The translations under genes were made by a program, and so were the position numbers. A stretch of DNA of 64,000 bases from the IMG/VR virus record IMGVR_UViG_3300024999_000034, positions 116,839 through 180,838 of that record. One strand, given 5' to 3'. The notes under the pieces were generated by a model. The model made no database searches. It worked only from the letters and a program-made list of their open reading frames with translations, and had not been told where the DNA came from. Origin of the DNA: a virus. Positions within the stretch are counted from its first letter, which is position 1. Each line of letters starts with the position of its first letter. This document shows, in pieces, positions 51,800-62,695 of this stretch.

Positions 51800-52363
51800 A
51801 TGAGAAGATTGAAAGGAAGGAGTAAGATATATTATGAGTAAGTACCTAGAAAAAGTAAATAAATTTGTGTTTCAAATAAAAGATAATGTAGAAAGAACTG
51901 GATTTGCTACACCTTATACAGTTAATCAATTATTAACTTTGTATTTGGATAATGTCCAATATTCAATTGAATTAGAAAAGAAATTAGAATATGCTTTAAA
52001 GACGAAAGGGAAATATTTAGAAATTAATAAAATTGTAAACTAGAATAAGTTTGTGAGTTTATGGGATTTTAAGAAAGGAGAAAATTAATTATGGAAATTC
52101 CTGAAATAGTTAAGAAATTAATAGGTAGTATAGAACCAAGAGGAGATAGCCAAATTGATCAAAAGCGTTATGAAAATCTTATAGAACATGTATATCTTAT
52201 CAGTGATTTAATTGAAAGTCTTATATTTGTTTCAAGATACAAAGACTCTTATGAAACAAGTGTTAAAAAATTAGGAGTAAGAGCTTACAATGAATTATTA
52301 GAAATAAGGGATTGTATTAATGGTCAAATAGAGGATTAAAGAAAGAAAGAGGTAATTAAAACA

Positions 52364-52582
52364 ATGAATAAAATGAGCGAAGCAATTCAAGAAAATTTAA
52401 ACGATGACAAAGGATATCAAGTATTTAGTAATCTTATGGATGTAATATTTGAATTAGCAGATGAATTATATGATAAAGTGGATAACGAAGAAGGATTAAC
52501 TGAAATTGAGTTTAAATTTCTTGACGCATTTGATGAATATATTGAGAATATGATTGACGATGAAGAGGATAGTGAGGAGTAG
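52364..52582 (+). CDS. Very acidic small protein
   Basis: 25 Asp/Glu versus 4 Lys in 72 aa. Confidence 0.6.
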   Translation: MNKMSEAIQENLNDDKGYQVFSNLMDVIFELADELYDKVDNEEGLTEIEFKFLDAFDEYIENMIDDEEDSEE

Positions 52583-52612
52583 AATTAGTCTTATAAATTA
52601 TAAAATAAATAT

Positions 52613-52671
52613 TTGACAATATGGATTTATTTAGTGTATAATGTTAATAGAGATGTAAATGAATCCATATT
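52613..52671 (+). promoter_or_regulatory. sigmaA promoter of the ligase-macro-PARP unit, with a 16-bp inverted repeat around the -10
   Basis: TTGACA-N18-TATAAT; AATATGGATTTATTTA...TAAATGAATCCATATT (1 mismatch). Confidence 0.7.
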
Positions 52672-52695
52672 ATTTTAAGAAAGAAGGAATTTGAA

Positions 52696-53964
52696 ATGGA
52701 AAAAGTATTAGCAATCGTAGAACAACTCCAGGAAACATCCGGTAGGAATGATAAAGAGGCAATCTTGAAACAAAATGAGAACAATAAATTGTTTAAAAAG
52801 GTCATGCATTTCATTTACAATCCTTACATACTCACAGGAATTTCAAAAAAGAAAATCAGTAAAAAATTGAAACTTCCAAAAGAACCATCTACATTATCAA
52901 TTATTGAAGTTATGGATTATTTACAATCACACAATTCTGGTAGAGATGAAGATATTATTTTTGTCCAACATTTTATTCAATCACAGCCCGAATCACTAAG
53001 AGACTTCTATGCCAAAATCGTTTCTAAGGATCTCAGCATAGGTTTAACGGACGGAACATTGAATAAGGTATATGGAGACTTCATTCCTGTTTTCGATGTC
53101 ATGTTGGCTAAGAAATTTGAAGAACATAATCATAAAATTAAAGGTGATTATATCATCACTGAGAAACTAGATGGCAACCGTTGTGTAGTCATTAAAGACA
53201 ATAGTATTGTAAAATCATTCACCAGACAAGGAAAACAATATGAAGGTCTTGAAGAAATTGAATCCGATATTGCCAATCTTCCATTTGATAATATTGTGTT
53301 TGACGGAGAATTAATTGCAGATATTCAAGGAAGTACAATTGAAGTCTATGCAGAAACGACTAGTAAGGCTAGAAGTAAAGGAGCAAATAAGACAGGATTA
53401 ATATTCCATATTTTTGATATGTTAAAACTGAAAGATTTTCAAAGTGGTAAATCACAAGATAATTGTATTAAGCGTAAAAGTTACTTATCTAGTATTTTTA
53501 AGAATAATAAATTGCCACATTGTAAAGAAGTTAAGCCTTTATATATTGGGAGTGATTTATCAGAAGTTGAAAAATGGATGATTCATGCAAGTGAACAGTC
53601 TTGGGAAGGTTTAATGGTTAATATGGATAAACCTTATATTTGCAAAAGAAGTGATTCTATCCTTAAAGTGAAAGTTATGTCAACGTGTGATGTAAAAGTA
53701 ATTGGATTTGAGAACGGAACTGGTAAGTATGAAGGTAAATTAGGAGCAATGATTATAGATTACAAAGGATTTAGCTGTGGAGTGGGATCTGGTTTTACAG
53801 ATGCGGATAGGGAATATATTTGGAATAATCAAAATGAGTACCTTGGAAAAATCGTTGAAGTTCAATACTTTGAAGAATCTAAGAATGCTCAAGGTGGAAT
53901 TAGTTTAAGATTTCCTGTATTTAAGAAATTGAGAACTGATAAAACTGAACCAAGTTTTTATTAA
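52696..53964 (+). CDS. lig: ATP-dependent DNA ligase (phage type)
   Basis: TEKLDGNR (motif I), FDGEL, FHIFD, EGLMV, LKVK, OB domain VGSGF...VEVQY...SLRFPVF. Confidence 0.95.
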   Translation: MEKVLAIVEQLQETSGRNDKEAILKQNENNKLFKKVMHFIYNPYILTGISKKKISKKLKLPKEPSTLSIIEVMDYLQSHNSGRDEDIIFVQHFIQSQPESLRDFYAKIVSKDLSIGLTDGTLNKVYGDFIPVFDVMLAKKFEEHNHKIKGDYIITEKLDGNRCVVIKDNSIVKSFTRQGKQYEGLEEIESDIANLPFDNIVFDGELIADIQGSTIEVYAETTSKARSKGANKTGLIFHIFDMLKLKDFQSGKSQDNCIKRKSYLSSIFKNNKLPHCKEVKPLYIGSDLSEVEKWMIHASEQSWEGLMVNMDKPYICKRSDSILKVKVMSTCDVKVIGFENGTGKYEGKLGAMIIDYKGFSCGVGSGFTDADREYIWNNQNEYLGKIVEVQYFEESKNAQGGISLRFPVFKKLRTDKTEPSFY

Positions 53965-53984
53965 AATTAAAGGGGGGAAATATT

Positions 53985-54443
53985 TTGATTAAAATTGTAG
54001 ATGGAGATATTTTACAAGCATCTGAAAATATAATAGCACACCAAGTTAATTGCATGTCTGTAATGGGTGGAGGAATTGCAAAACAAATTAAAGATAAATA
54101 CCCTAAAGTTTTTAAAGATTATAAAATATATCTTTCTAATAGCGTATTCCCAATTATGGTTTTGGGACAATGCCATTTTGTCAAAGTAGACAACAATAAA
54201 TATGTGGCAAACTTATTTGGACAATATAACTATGGAACAAGTAAACAACAAACAGATTATAAAGCGTTAGAAGAAGCATTATTTACACTCAAAATTAACG
54301 CAAAAGATCATTATTTATCTGTTGCGTTACCTGTAAATCTAGGATGTGGTTTAGCAGGAGGCAATTGGGAAGTAGTTTATAAAATGATTGAAGACGTTTT
54401 TCACGATTATGATGTAACTTTATATAGATGGGAGGTGAAATAA
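53985..54443 (+). CDS. Macrodomain ADP-ribosylhydrolase (DarG/Poa1p-like subfamily)
   Basis: GDIL, AHQVNC...MGGGIA, ANLFGQ, LGCGLAGGNW. Confidence 0.9.
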   Translation: MIKIVDGDILQASENIIAHQVNCMSVMGGGIAKQIKDKYPKVFKDYKIYLSNSVFPIMVLGQCHFVKVDNNKYVANLFGQYNYGTSKQQTDYKALEEALFTLKINAKDHYLSVALPVNLGCGLAGGNWEVVYKMIEDVFHDYDVTLYRWEVK

Positions 54444-55672
54444 TGAGTGATATAAATCCATTATATCTTGTAAAAGTTGAACCAGGAGCAAATAATAATA
54501 AATATTATCGCATGATTCCAAATGGTGGGATATTTGATGTACAATATGGCAGAATTGGTACTAGTGGTTATCAAACTGCTTCATATCCTATGGGAAGATG
54601 GGATTCTACTTTAAAAAGTAAGTTGAAAAAGGGATATGTAGATCAGAGTAGGTTAGTTGCAGAAACAATCACAAAAGAAAAGAAGATCAAAGAATATTTA
54701 GATATTCAGAATCAAGTAATTGCATCTATTGTATCAAGACTTCAATCTATGGCACGACAAGCTATTGCAGATAACTATACAATTTCTTCTAATAACGTAA
54801 CTCAAGTTATGATTGATGAAGCACAATTAACATTGAATAATTTAATTAGTGCAGATAATCTTGATTTATTTAATAAAATTCTTGTAGAATTGTTTAAGAT
54901 TATTCCAAGAAAAATGAAAAAGGTTAAAGATAATCTTGCAACAAAAGTAGAAGATTTTGGTGAAATTATTCAAAAGGAACAAGATTTGCTCGATGTAATG
55001 AGAGGGCAGGTATCTACTAAATCAATCGAAGATTCTCAAGAAGAAATAGAACCTGAAGCAAAAAATAATCAAACAATATTAGATGCTATGGGTTTAAGAT
55101 TTGAAGAAATCACTCAAGAAGAAAAGGAGATGATTAAGAAAGAACTTGGAGAAATTAGTGATAAATTCTATTCTGCTTGGAAAGTTATTAATGTTAAGAC
55201 GCAGGAAAAGTATGATAAATTTATTGAAGAAAATAATATTAAAAATGTTAAATTGTTGTGGCACGGAAGTAAATCAGAGAATTTCTGGAATATAATCAAC
55301 ACTGGTTTAGTTTTACGTCCTAACGCAGTAATAACAGGTAAATTATACGGACACGGCATATACTTTGCACCAAGGGCTATGAAAAGTTTAGGTTATACGT
55401 CTTTATCTGGTTCATATTGGGCGAAAGGAAATTCAAAATCAGCATTTATGGCACTAAACAATGTAGCGTATGGAAAACCATATGATGTATATGATTTTAA
55501 TAGTAAATATTATGATTTGAATCATGATAATCTACAAAAGATGCGTCTAGGTGCTAATTCTTTACATGCACATGCTGGAGCTAGTTTAGGTCATACAAAT
55601 CTTAAAAATGATGAGATTGTTGTTTATCGTGAAGATCAATGCACAATAAAATATTTAGTAGAATTGAGATGA
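54443..55672 (+). CDS. PARP-like ADP-ribosyltransferase: WGR domain, helical regulatory domain, catalytic domain
   Basis: NKYY...QYGRIG (WGR), ELFKIIPRKM (regulatory helix), WHGS, GIYFA, NDEIVVY (H-Y-E triad). Confidence 0.85.
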   Translation: MSDINPLYLVKVEPGANNNKYYRMIPNGGIFDVQYGRIGTSGYQTASYPMGRWDSTLKSKLKKGYVDQSRLVAETITKEKKIKEYLDIQNQVIASIVSRLQSMARQAIADNYTISSNNVTQVMIDEAQLTLNNLISADNLDLFNKILVELFKIIPRKMKKVKDNLATKVEDFGEIIQKEQDLLDVMRGQVSTKSIEDSQEEIEPEAKNNQTILDAMGLRFEEITQEEKEMIKKELGEISDKFYSAWKVINVKTQEKYDKFIEENNIKNVKLLWHGSKSENFWNIINTGLVLRPNAVITGKLYGHGIYFAPRAMKSLGYTSLSGSYWAKGNSKSAFMALNNVAYGKPYDVYDFNSKYYDLNHDNLQKMRLGANSLHAHAGASLGHTNLKNDEIVVYREDQCTIKYLVELR

Positions 55673-56365
55673 TATATTATAGTAGTTAAGGCCAATGAAA
55701 GATATAGCAAATTAGTAACTCAAAAGATAGTAGGAAAAACAAAGCATAGACAAAATATATGGGAATGCATATGTGACTGTACTGGTGTGATTAACGTATC
55801 ATCTGCAAGTTTAACTACAGGTAATACAAAATCGTGTGGTTGTCTTCTTGCTGAATCATTAAGAAAAATGGGAGAAGCATCTAGAAAATTAAATGAATAT
55901 GACCTTTCGGGAGAATATGGTATAGGTTATACTACAAAGGGTGAGGAATTCTATTTTGATTTAGAAGATTACGATAAAATTAAAGGTTATACTTGGTCAT
56001 ACAATGAAGATGGGTATTTAATAACTTCTCCGTTTGGGAAAATTATCAGAATGCATATGTTGATCATGGATTCTACGGGCGAAAATGATGTTGATCATAG
56101 AAACCATATTACACATGATAATAGAAAATTTAATTTGAGGGTTTGCGAACATTTCAAAAACATCATACATAGTAAAACTTATTCAAATAATACTTCAGGT
56201 AGGAAGGGAGTGTATTGGGACAAAAGTCGTAATAAATGGATGGCACTACTAACTCATAACAAGAAAACTAAACATCTTGGAAGATTTGATAATTTTGAAG
56301 ATGCTGTTCGTGCCAGAGAAATTGCAGAAGAAAAATATCATGGTGAATTTCATTGTGACCTATAA
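55673..56365 (+). CDS. HNH-AP2 homing endonuclease; open frame extends upstream of GTG 55787 to the PARP stop
   Basis: WECICDC...GNTKSCGC, VDHRNH...DNRKFNL, NTSGRKGVYW...W.A......HLGRF..FEDAV.AR. Confidence 0.8.
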   Translation, partial: YIIVVKANERYSKLVTQKIVGKTKHRQNIWECICDCTGVINVSSASLTTGNTKSCGCLLAESLRKMGEASRKLNEYDLSGEYGIGYTTKGEEFYFDLEDYDKIKGYTWSYNEDGYLITSPFGKIIRMHMLIMDSTGENDVDHRNHITHDNRKFNLRVCEHFKNIIHSKTYSNNTSGRKGVYWDKSRNKWMALLTHNKKTKHLGRFDNFEDAVRAREIAEEKYHGEFHCDL

Positions 56366-56394
56366 AAATAAAATTATGAAGGAGTTTTGATAAA

Positions 56395-58301
56395 ATGAGT
56401 AATCAAGATGCGAAAATTAAGGAAATTACATATCATGGGACTAAACAATATTTTACGGAGGTTGACGCTAGAACAAAAGATGTTATCAAAGATAGTTCTT
56501 TTAGAACTTCAGCGAAACATGAAAAGGTTATTCAGAATAATAATGCCACAATTGTAATTCTTGAAGATGGGTCAAAAGGAGTATCAAAATGTTTACCCAT
56601 TGACACATATAATGAGACAAAAGGAATTAAGATTGCCTATATAAGAGCAAAAATAAAATCATTGAATAAAGAGTTAAAAGAATTAATAAAACTCTAGAAT
56701 TTATAAAAGTCCAATTTCAAGAATCAAGCTATAGGCGAGTTTGCGAGGTTGGACTTTCCTTCGAAATACCAATTTGATAGGAGGATTAAAAATGGATTTA
56801 GATATTGAATATTCACAAGAAGAAAAACAAGAATTATTTGAAAAATTTCTAAATGCTTCTTTTGAACTCAAAGCAGAAATAATCTCTAAGTTATTTGATG
56901 ATCAAGCATATTTAACTGATAAAGAAGAAGAATTTATATTTGCTTTAAAGAAATGGCATCAAAGTATTTAAATAAAATTAGGAGGATGATAAAATAATGA
57001 CAATGACAAAAACAGATATTTTACTTTATGGGGCATTACTTGAAAGCGATATGTATGTTGATGGATATGGATCAACTGATGAAGATACAGAATTATTACA
57101 AAAAGCCTTAAAGAAAACATATGGTATTGCAGAGGGAGCTTCAAGAGATGTTTTAGAAAAAGCAGAAGAACAAATGAAAAGTGATTTAATGAATCTAGTT
57201 ATAGAATTTAGAAGTAAGATGGCAGAATATTTAGAAATGGAGGAGTAATATAATATGAAAAATAAACTTATAAAACTCCAACAACTTTATAAAAAAATAA
57301 TGGAATTGCAATATGAAATTAACGGTGAATTTCATGACAAACCAATATCCATTAGTCAAGAAATAAATGGTAGTTGGAAAAATGATGGATTTAATTTAAG
57401 AATTAATAGAATAGATATAAGAACTGATGATTTTGGCGTTTCTTTTGATGTTATTGACAATGGAGAAGAAATTGAATGTATAGATGGAATTGGAATTGAT
57501 CAATTTATAAAATATGGTGAATTGACAAACCCTGAAAACCGCACTACATAAGGGTTTCTAAAATCACAATATCCATTGAAAGGATTAATTTAATGGAGAG
57601 GAGGTTAATTATTTGAATGAAGAACTTCTAGCAATTATTTTTTCAACGTGGATTTTTACATCCTTCTTTTGTTGGCTTTTTAATCTTAAATGGATATTTG
57701 AACCAAAATATTATACAGTTGGACATATTCTTTTTGCTGTAGGAACATTGCCTTTTTCTTTAATGGGGATTTGTGTTTACTTATTAATGAAATTATTTCA
57801 ATTAATTGGTTATATATGTAAAATAAAAATTAACTAGCTTAAAATTTAACTTTTAATTGTTTAGAAGAAAGGAATTGATTTAAATTGAGTAACGTAGAAG
57901 ATATTAAAGAAAGAATATGTAGCGCATTAGATTTACTTAATAGAGAGACAGCATTGCAAATAATTAGCGAGATATTAGATGATTATAGTTTGTATACTGC
58001 TAGTAAAATTGTTAAAAGTGATAAAGATGTTGATTTGAATAAATTATTATTTGAAGAAAGTTTTTATTCAGAGGGCAATGAAGAAGCAGGTTTTATTAAA
58101 TTAACAACACTTCTTAATGCTGTTGAAGAAGTAGTAAATTGTGACGATTACATAGATGGGGATATTACATTTGAATATTTTGTTAGGCCAGAAACAGACG
58201 AAGAAAATGAAGAGAATGGTCATCCAACAGGGGTAGAATGGTGGACTCAGAATGAAAATGTAAATATAAATGATTTATATATTCAGTTTAAAGGGAATTA
58301 A
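56395..58301 (+). other. Array of small hypothetical ORFs (56395..56697, 56792..56971, 56997..57248, 57255..57551, 57613..57837, 57885..58301)
   Basis: Co-oriented ORFs with RBSs. Confidence 0.55.
57572..57597. repeat. Copy of dispersed 10-6-10 palindromic element (near-symmetric)
   Basis: TCCATTGAAA-GGATTA-ATTTAATGGA. Confidence 0.7.
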
Positions 58302-58303
58302 TT

Positions 58304-58329
58304 TCCCAGAAAATTATGGATTGATAGGA
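58304..58329. repeat. Copy of dispersed 10-6-10 palindromic element
   Basis: TCCCAGAAAA-TTATGG-ATTGATAGGA, 2 nt after the stop. Confidence 0.7.
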
Positions 58330-58340
58330 TAGGAGGTAAA

Positions 58341-58778
58341 ATGTATAAGATAGTTATAGTAGGTATATCAAATAAGTCAAATTGCAAACCTTTAGACGAT
58401 ACAACAAATACAGGTAAAATCATTACTAAAATAACAAATAACTTTCCTGAGATTGAATTTTATAAAACTAACCTTGTAAACTTTGCTCCACTAAATGAAT
58501 TAGGTAAATTGCGTTATCCAACTAAGCAAGAAGTTAAAGATAATATGCCAAATTTATTAAACGATATTAAGAATTGTAATGCAGTAATTTGTTTAGGAAA
58601 TAAAGTATCCAAGTATTTAAATGGAAAAGTAGAAAACATAATTAGTATTAAACATCCTTCTTATATATGGATTTATAAACGAAAAGAGTTAGATGGTTAT
58701 ATAGATGAAGTAGTTAATATGATTATGCAATTAAAAGGAGAAAAATATGAAATGTTCAATACTTGGATGTCAAAATGA
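58341..58778 (+). CDS. Uracil-DNA glycosylase superfamily protein (minimal)
   Basis: IVIVG, TGK, YKTNLVNF.P, RYPT..E, VICLG, IKHPSY. Confidence 0.6.
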   Translation: MYKIVIVGISNKSNCKPLDDTTNTGKIITKITNNFPEIEFYKTNLVNFAPLNELGKLRYPTKQEVKDNMPNLLNDIKNCNAVICLGNKVSKYLNGKVENIISIKHPSYIWIYKRKELDGYIDEVVNMIMQLKGEKYEMFNTWMSK

Positions 58779-58892
58779 AGTAAGCATAGAAAATGATTTA
58801 GAGATATGTTTTCAATGTTGCTCTATGCATATTAATGAAGTTAAGGATTATTTTGAAGAACAATACAATAGAGAGCAACAAGAAATGTATGA

Positions 58893-59094
58893 TTGGTGGT
58901 TGGGTATCAAATAACAGGTAGAGAAAAATTTAATTTAATATTTAAAAATATGAGCAATGGAAGTTTAGCAGATTTGTTTATTGGAGGAACTTGCCCTAGT
59001 GAATTCGGTCTTTTTGACAAAAAAAGAAAGTGGTTGTCCAGTTTTCTTTTGTACAAGTTGTTGGGAGAAAGCTTTAAATATGGAATATGAATAA
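58893..59094 (+). pseudogene. Small Cys protein gene with an apparent extra A in an A7 run (59019-59025)
   Basis: With A6 the frame continues CPSEFGLFDKKESGCPVFFCTSCWEKALNMEYE*. Confidence 0.45.
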
Positions 59095-59313
59095 ATAAAG
59101 AAAGGAGTAATTCGATTGACAGTAAAAGATTTATATGAAGAGCTTGGAAAGTTAATGAAGGATAATCCTAGTACAATTAATGATGAAATATATTACTTTA
59201 GTTATGATTGGAAAGTAGATGCAATTAATAGTTTGAGTATCGAATATGATTTAGATTGGGAAGGTAGATATATAATATTAAAATAAAATTATTAAAGAAA
59301 GGAGAGATAAATT

Positions 59314-60025
59314 ATGATTAATCAAATAAAAAATGACATTATCAAGACATTAGACAAATATAAAGATAAACTTTGGTATGTCAAAGTAAGTGGTTGTAGT
59401 TATGGAGATCCTTATTCATATGATGCTAAACGTTATGATTGGTCAAAAGAAAATATTTATGTTGGAAGTAAAAATGATGTAGAAAAGGTTATTAATTTAC
59501 AACATATGTCACCTAAAATTGAACAATTTGATTTCAATAAACATAATATTGTTGAAATGATAAATGCCCAAGAAGAGTATAAAAAGATTTATGTTCCTAG
59601 AAGTGCTGGAGATATTGTATTATATCAGGGACAAGAGTGTAGGGTAACTGGTTTTTCTGGTATGAATGCATGGATTAATTTTAAAGGAGAGGGAACTCTT
59701 TTAAACGAAGATGAAACTAAAAAACTCAAATTAATAAAAAGTAAATATTGGGGAGAAAGTTAAGAATAGATTAAAATTGCATATTTAATTGACGAAAGGA
59801 GGTGTTCAAATGGATGTTAAAATTTTAGAAATATTAAACTCACAACTATGTCCTGTATGTAAAGACAAAGTAGTATTAAGTTGCAAATGTTTTATGGCAG
59901 ATAGTATGTGTGAAAATGGTCATGAATTTCACTATTCTTTAAAAGATAAAGAATTACATTTGGGTTTAGGCAATCATGGGAGAGGAGACTGTTGCGAAGA
60001 TAAAGTTAAAATAGAAATTGAATAA
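59314..60025 (+). other. Hypothetical ORFs 59314..59763 and 59810..60025 (Cys/His-rich)
   Basis: RBS-preceded ORFs. Confidence 0.55.
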
Positions 60026-60041
60026 GGAGGAGAATAAATAA

Positions 60042-61091
60042 TTGAATAGCACAATATTTTTACCTAAAACTATTAAAGTGGGTTATCAAAATCGTTCAGA
60101 TACATACACAGGTCAATTAGCATATGTTATATATTATGATCAAAGAAATGTATTAAGAAAGGAAAAAAGTTGGAATAGTTGGAGAGATGATAAAATTTCA
60201 TCTCAAGAATTCTCTAATGAACCAATTTCGGGATTTGTGCTGAATAAGAAGGTTGGTGATTATTCATGTCATTGGGGAAATCATAGGCAAGCGTATACAA
60301 GGGTATTCGATCCTCGTAATTTTGAAGTGGAAATTACAATTGAAAATTTACTCTACATCTTAGAAAATGCTAGTTCAATTAAAGGTAAGGGATTAGAAGG
60401 TGATTTCGTTTATGGTTGGGATAATAAGAATCTCATCTTAATACCAGTAGAATCACCTGATTACATTGAATTGTCTAAATTAAATGATTTAAGACATGAG
60501 AAAAAGAAATTTGATGGCAAGACTTTAATACTAGGTGGTACATACAAATCTAATTCCAATAATGAATTAATTTATTTGGGTAGATTTTATGAAAATAATG
60601 GAGACAGTAAAGAATCAAAAACATATTTTTTCTATGATAGAAATATAAATTGGAACAAAATCAATTCTATAAAATCTTTATCAGGGAATATAATTGACAT
60701 CATAGATGAAAATTGTGTAGATGATTATGCTAATTTAATGGATGAACTATTAAAAGACAGTAGTTATTCTGCTAGAGAACCTAAATATGACACTTATTCT
60801 GATTACACATTGCAAGAATTTAGAGAATTATTAAATAAAAATAGTTATTGGCATAATAAATGTTTCGTTAAACCAAATGATAAATACGTAAGATATTATA
60901 TTGAAAGGTATAGATCCTATTCTTATTATAGCAATAGAGATAATGGTTATAATGTTTATACCACAGACAGAGGACATAAAGATGAAATATTGATGAGAGA
61001 AGCGTCTCCTGAAAAAATATATAATGCAATAAATCCTAAATATCTAGTAACCTATAATCAAAATAAAGAATTAATTAAGGAGTGGAAATAA
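60042..61091 (+). CDS. Conserved phage hypothetical protein (349 aa)
   Basis: Long ORF, AAGGAGG RBS; no function assignable. Confidence 0.65.
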   Translation: MNSTIFLPKTIKVGYQNRSDTYTGQLAYVIYYDQRNVLRKEKSWNSWRDDKISSQEFSNEPISGFVLNKKVGDYSCHWGNHRQAYTRVFDPRNFEVEITIENLLYILENASSIKGKGLEGDFVYGWDNKNLILIPVESPDYIELSKLNDLRHEKKKFDGKTLILGGTYKSNSNNELIYLGRFYENNGDSKESKTYFFYDRNINWNKINSIKSLSGNIIDIIDENCVDDYANLMDELLKDSSYSAREPKYDTYSDYTLQEFRELLNKNSYWHNKCFVKPNDKYVRYYIERYRSYSYYSNRDNGYNVYTTDRGHKDEILMREASPEKIYNAINPKYLVTYNQNKELIKEWK

Positions 61092-61093
61092 AA

Positions 61094-61498
61094 ATGGCAA
61101 ATGAAACGAACGATTCAAAAATTATGGAACTGAAAAAGCAAATTGAGGAAAAGAAAATTAAGTTAGGTAAATCTCAAAAATTTTCACCTATTACAAATAG
61201 TTCAATTGAGTTAGATGGGGTGAGAACTAATATCCAAGTTCTCAATAAAGATCAATTAACTTATCTATTAGTAAAACTAAACTCATATGCAAAATCTGCA
61301 AAAGAATTAGAAATTGATTTTGTTATTTCAGGATATCATATTATGGATTGGATTACTGATATTAAGTCAAAACTTGATTTTGTGAGCAGAAAAGAAGAAG
61401 AAAACAAACTAAAAGTGATGGAATCTAAATTGCATCAACTACTTTCTAATGAGAAGAAGGTTGAACTTGAGATTGATGAGATTATGAAGAATTTGTAA
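61094..61498 (+). CDS. Coiled-coil hypothetical protein
   Basis: AAGGAG RBS before ATG 61094. Confidence 0.6.
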   Translation: MANETNDSKIMELKKQIEEKKIKLGKSQKFSPITNSSIELDGVRTNIQVLNKDQLTYLLVKLNSYAKSAKELEIDFVISGYHIMDWITDIKSKLDFVSRKEEENKLKVMESKLHQLLSNEKKVELEIDEIMKNL

Positions 61499-61517
61499 TT
61501 TGTAAGAGAAATATAAT

Positions 61518-61544
61518 AAGGGGAGTAAAATCCCCTTCTATTTT
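61518..61544 (+). terminator. Intrinsic terminator
   Basis: AAGGGGA-GTAAAA-TCCCCTT plus CTATTTT. Confidence 0.65.
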
Positions 61545-61557
61545 AGGAGGAATTAAA

Positions 61558-62643
61558 TTGAGATCATTAGAGGAAAGATATAATGATTTAAAATGGAGTT
61601 ATAGTGATTTATTAAGTAAATTTCATAGATTACAAGAAGAAAAATCAAAAGTAGATTCTAAATTAAATTCTGCTGAACATCGGATACATAATGAATTAGA
61701 ACCAAGAATTGAACAAGAGCATAAGAATTATGACAGTTATGTATTATCTGGTGGTAGTGACCCTTGTTTTTCTAATGGTATGTCAGGGAATTGTGGTGTA
61801 AAATGTGAAGCTTTTGGAAGCAAAGAAGAATGTTTTGATAGGTCAGATGAGGAATTGATTAAAATATATGAAGAAGGATATTCTCAAGATAAGATTAAAG
61901 AAATCTTTATTGAATTAGGAAAGTCAGATATAGTTTTAAGACTTTTAGAGGATGATTTATTTGGGATTGATGATGAAATATCAAGATTAAATTTAGTTAA
62001 GGAGCAAATTCAGGAAGAAAGAGATAAAATACTTTAAATGATACATTTGCTTGGATTGGAGGAAATTATGAAATTAAGAAAATTATCACACAAAGAAATG
62101 TCGACATTATTAATTTGGATGGGTGGAGCGAATTCTATAAGTTGTGTGATTAAAGGAAATTATGTATTAGCAGGATGTAATATTGGTTTTGGATTGATAT
62201 TAATATATTTAAGAGAAAAATATTGTTAGAAAGAAGTGAATAAATTGAGTGATCCTAACGATTTTCAATGTGGCATTTGTGGTAATATATTAACTTCAGA
62301 ATCTTGTTTTTGCGATAAGTGTAAAGTATGGCTGTGTAATGGTTGTGCTTTTGAGGATAAGTGTGAAGAAAGGCAAGGATAAATTAAAAATAATAAAATA
62401 TTATTTTAAGGAGGAATTTTTATGAATCAGCAAAATGTATCTATGGTAGTAGTAGAAAAATATACAGGAAGTAAATTTAATAGGTTCTTACAATTTTTTG
62501 GATTAAGAGATAAAGAAGTAACTTTACATGCAATATGGGCAGAAAAGAATACTGAATACCCGAATAGTTTTAATGTTAATTATAACAAATCAGAAGATAA
62601 GGGTGATAGTTGGGGCATCACACAAAAGATTTATACCAAATAA
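61558..62643 (+). other. Hypothetical ORFs 61558..62037, 62038..62229, 62422..62643
   Basis: RBS-preceded ORFs. Confidence 0.5.
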
Positions 62644-62695
62644 AGATTAAATACATAAAATGAATATTTTAATTGAAGAAAGAAGGATAATCAAA

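Larger units (their letters stand above)
48340..52339 (+). other. Array of small hypothetical ORFs (48340..48567, 48583..48771, 48965..49201, 49231..49548, 49560..49742, 49788..50051, 50233..50466, 50696..50905, 51106..51333, 51335..51532, 51834..52043, 52091..52339)
   Basis: Co-oriented ORFs with RBSs. Confidence 0.55.

Noticed and set aside
55670-55672. Genome-wide stop-codon reassignment
   Set aside because: TGA, TAG and TAA all terminate intact conserved genes, and ATGA overlaps are frequent; the standard code fits
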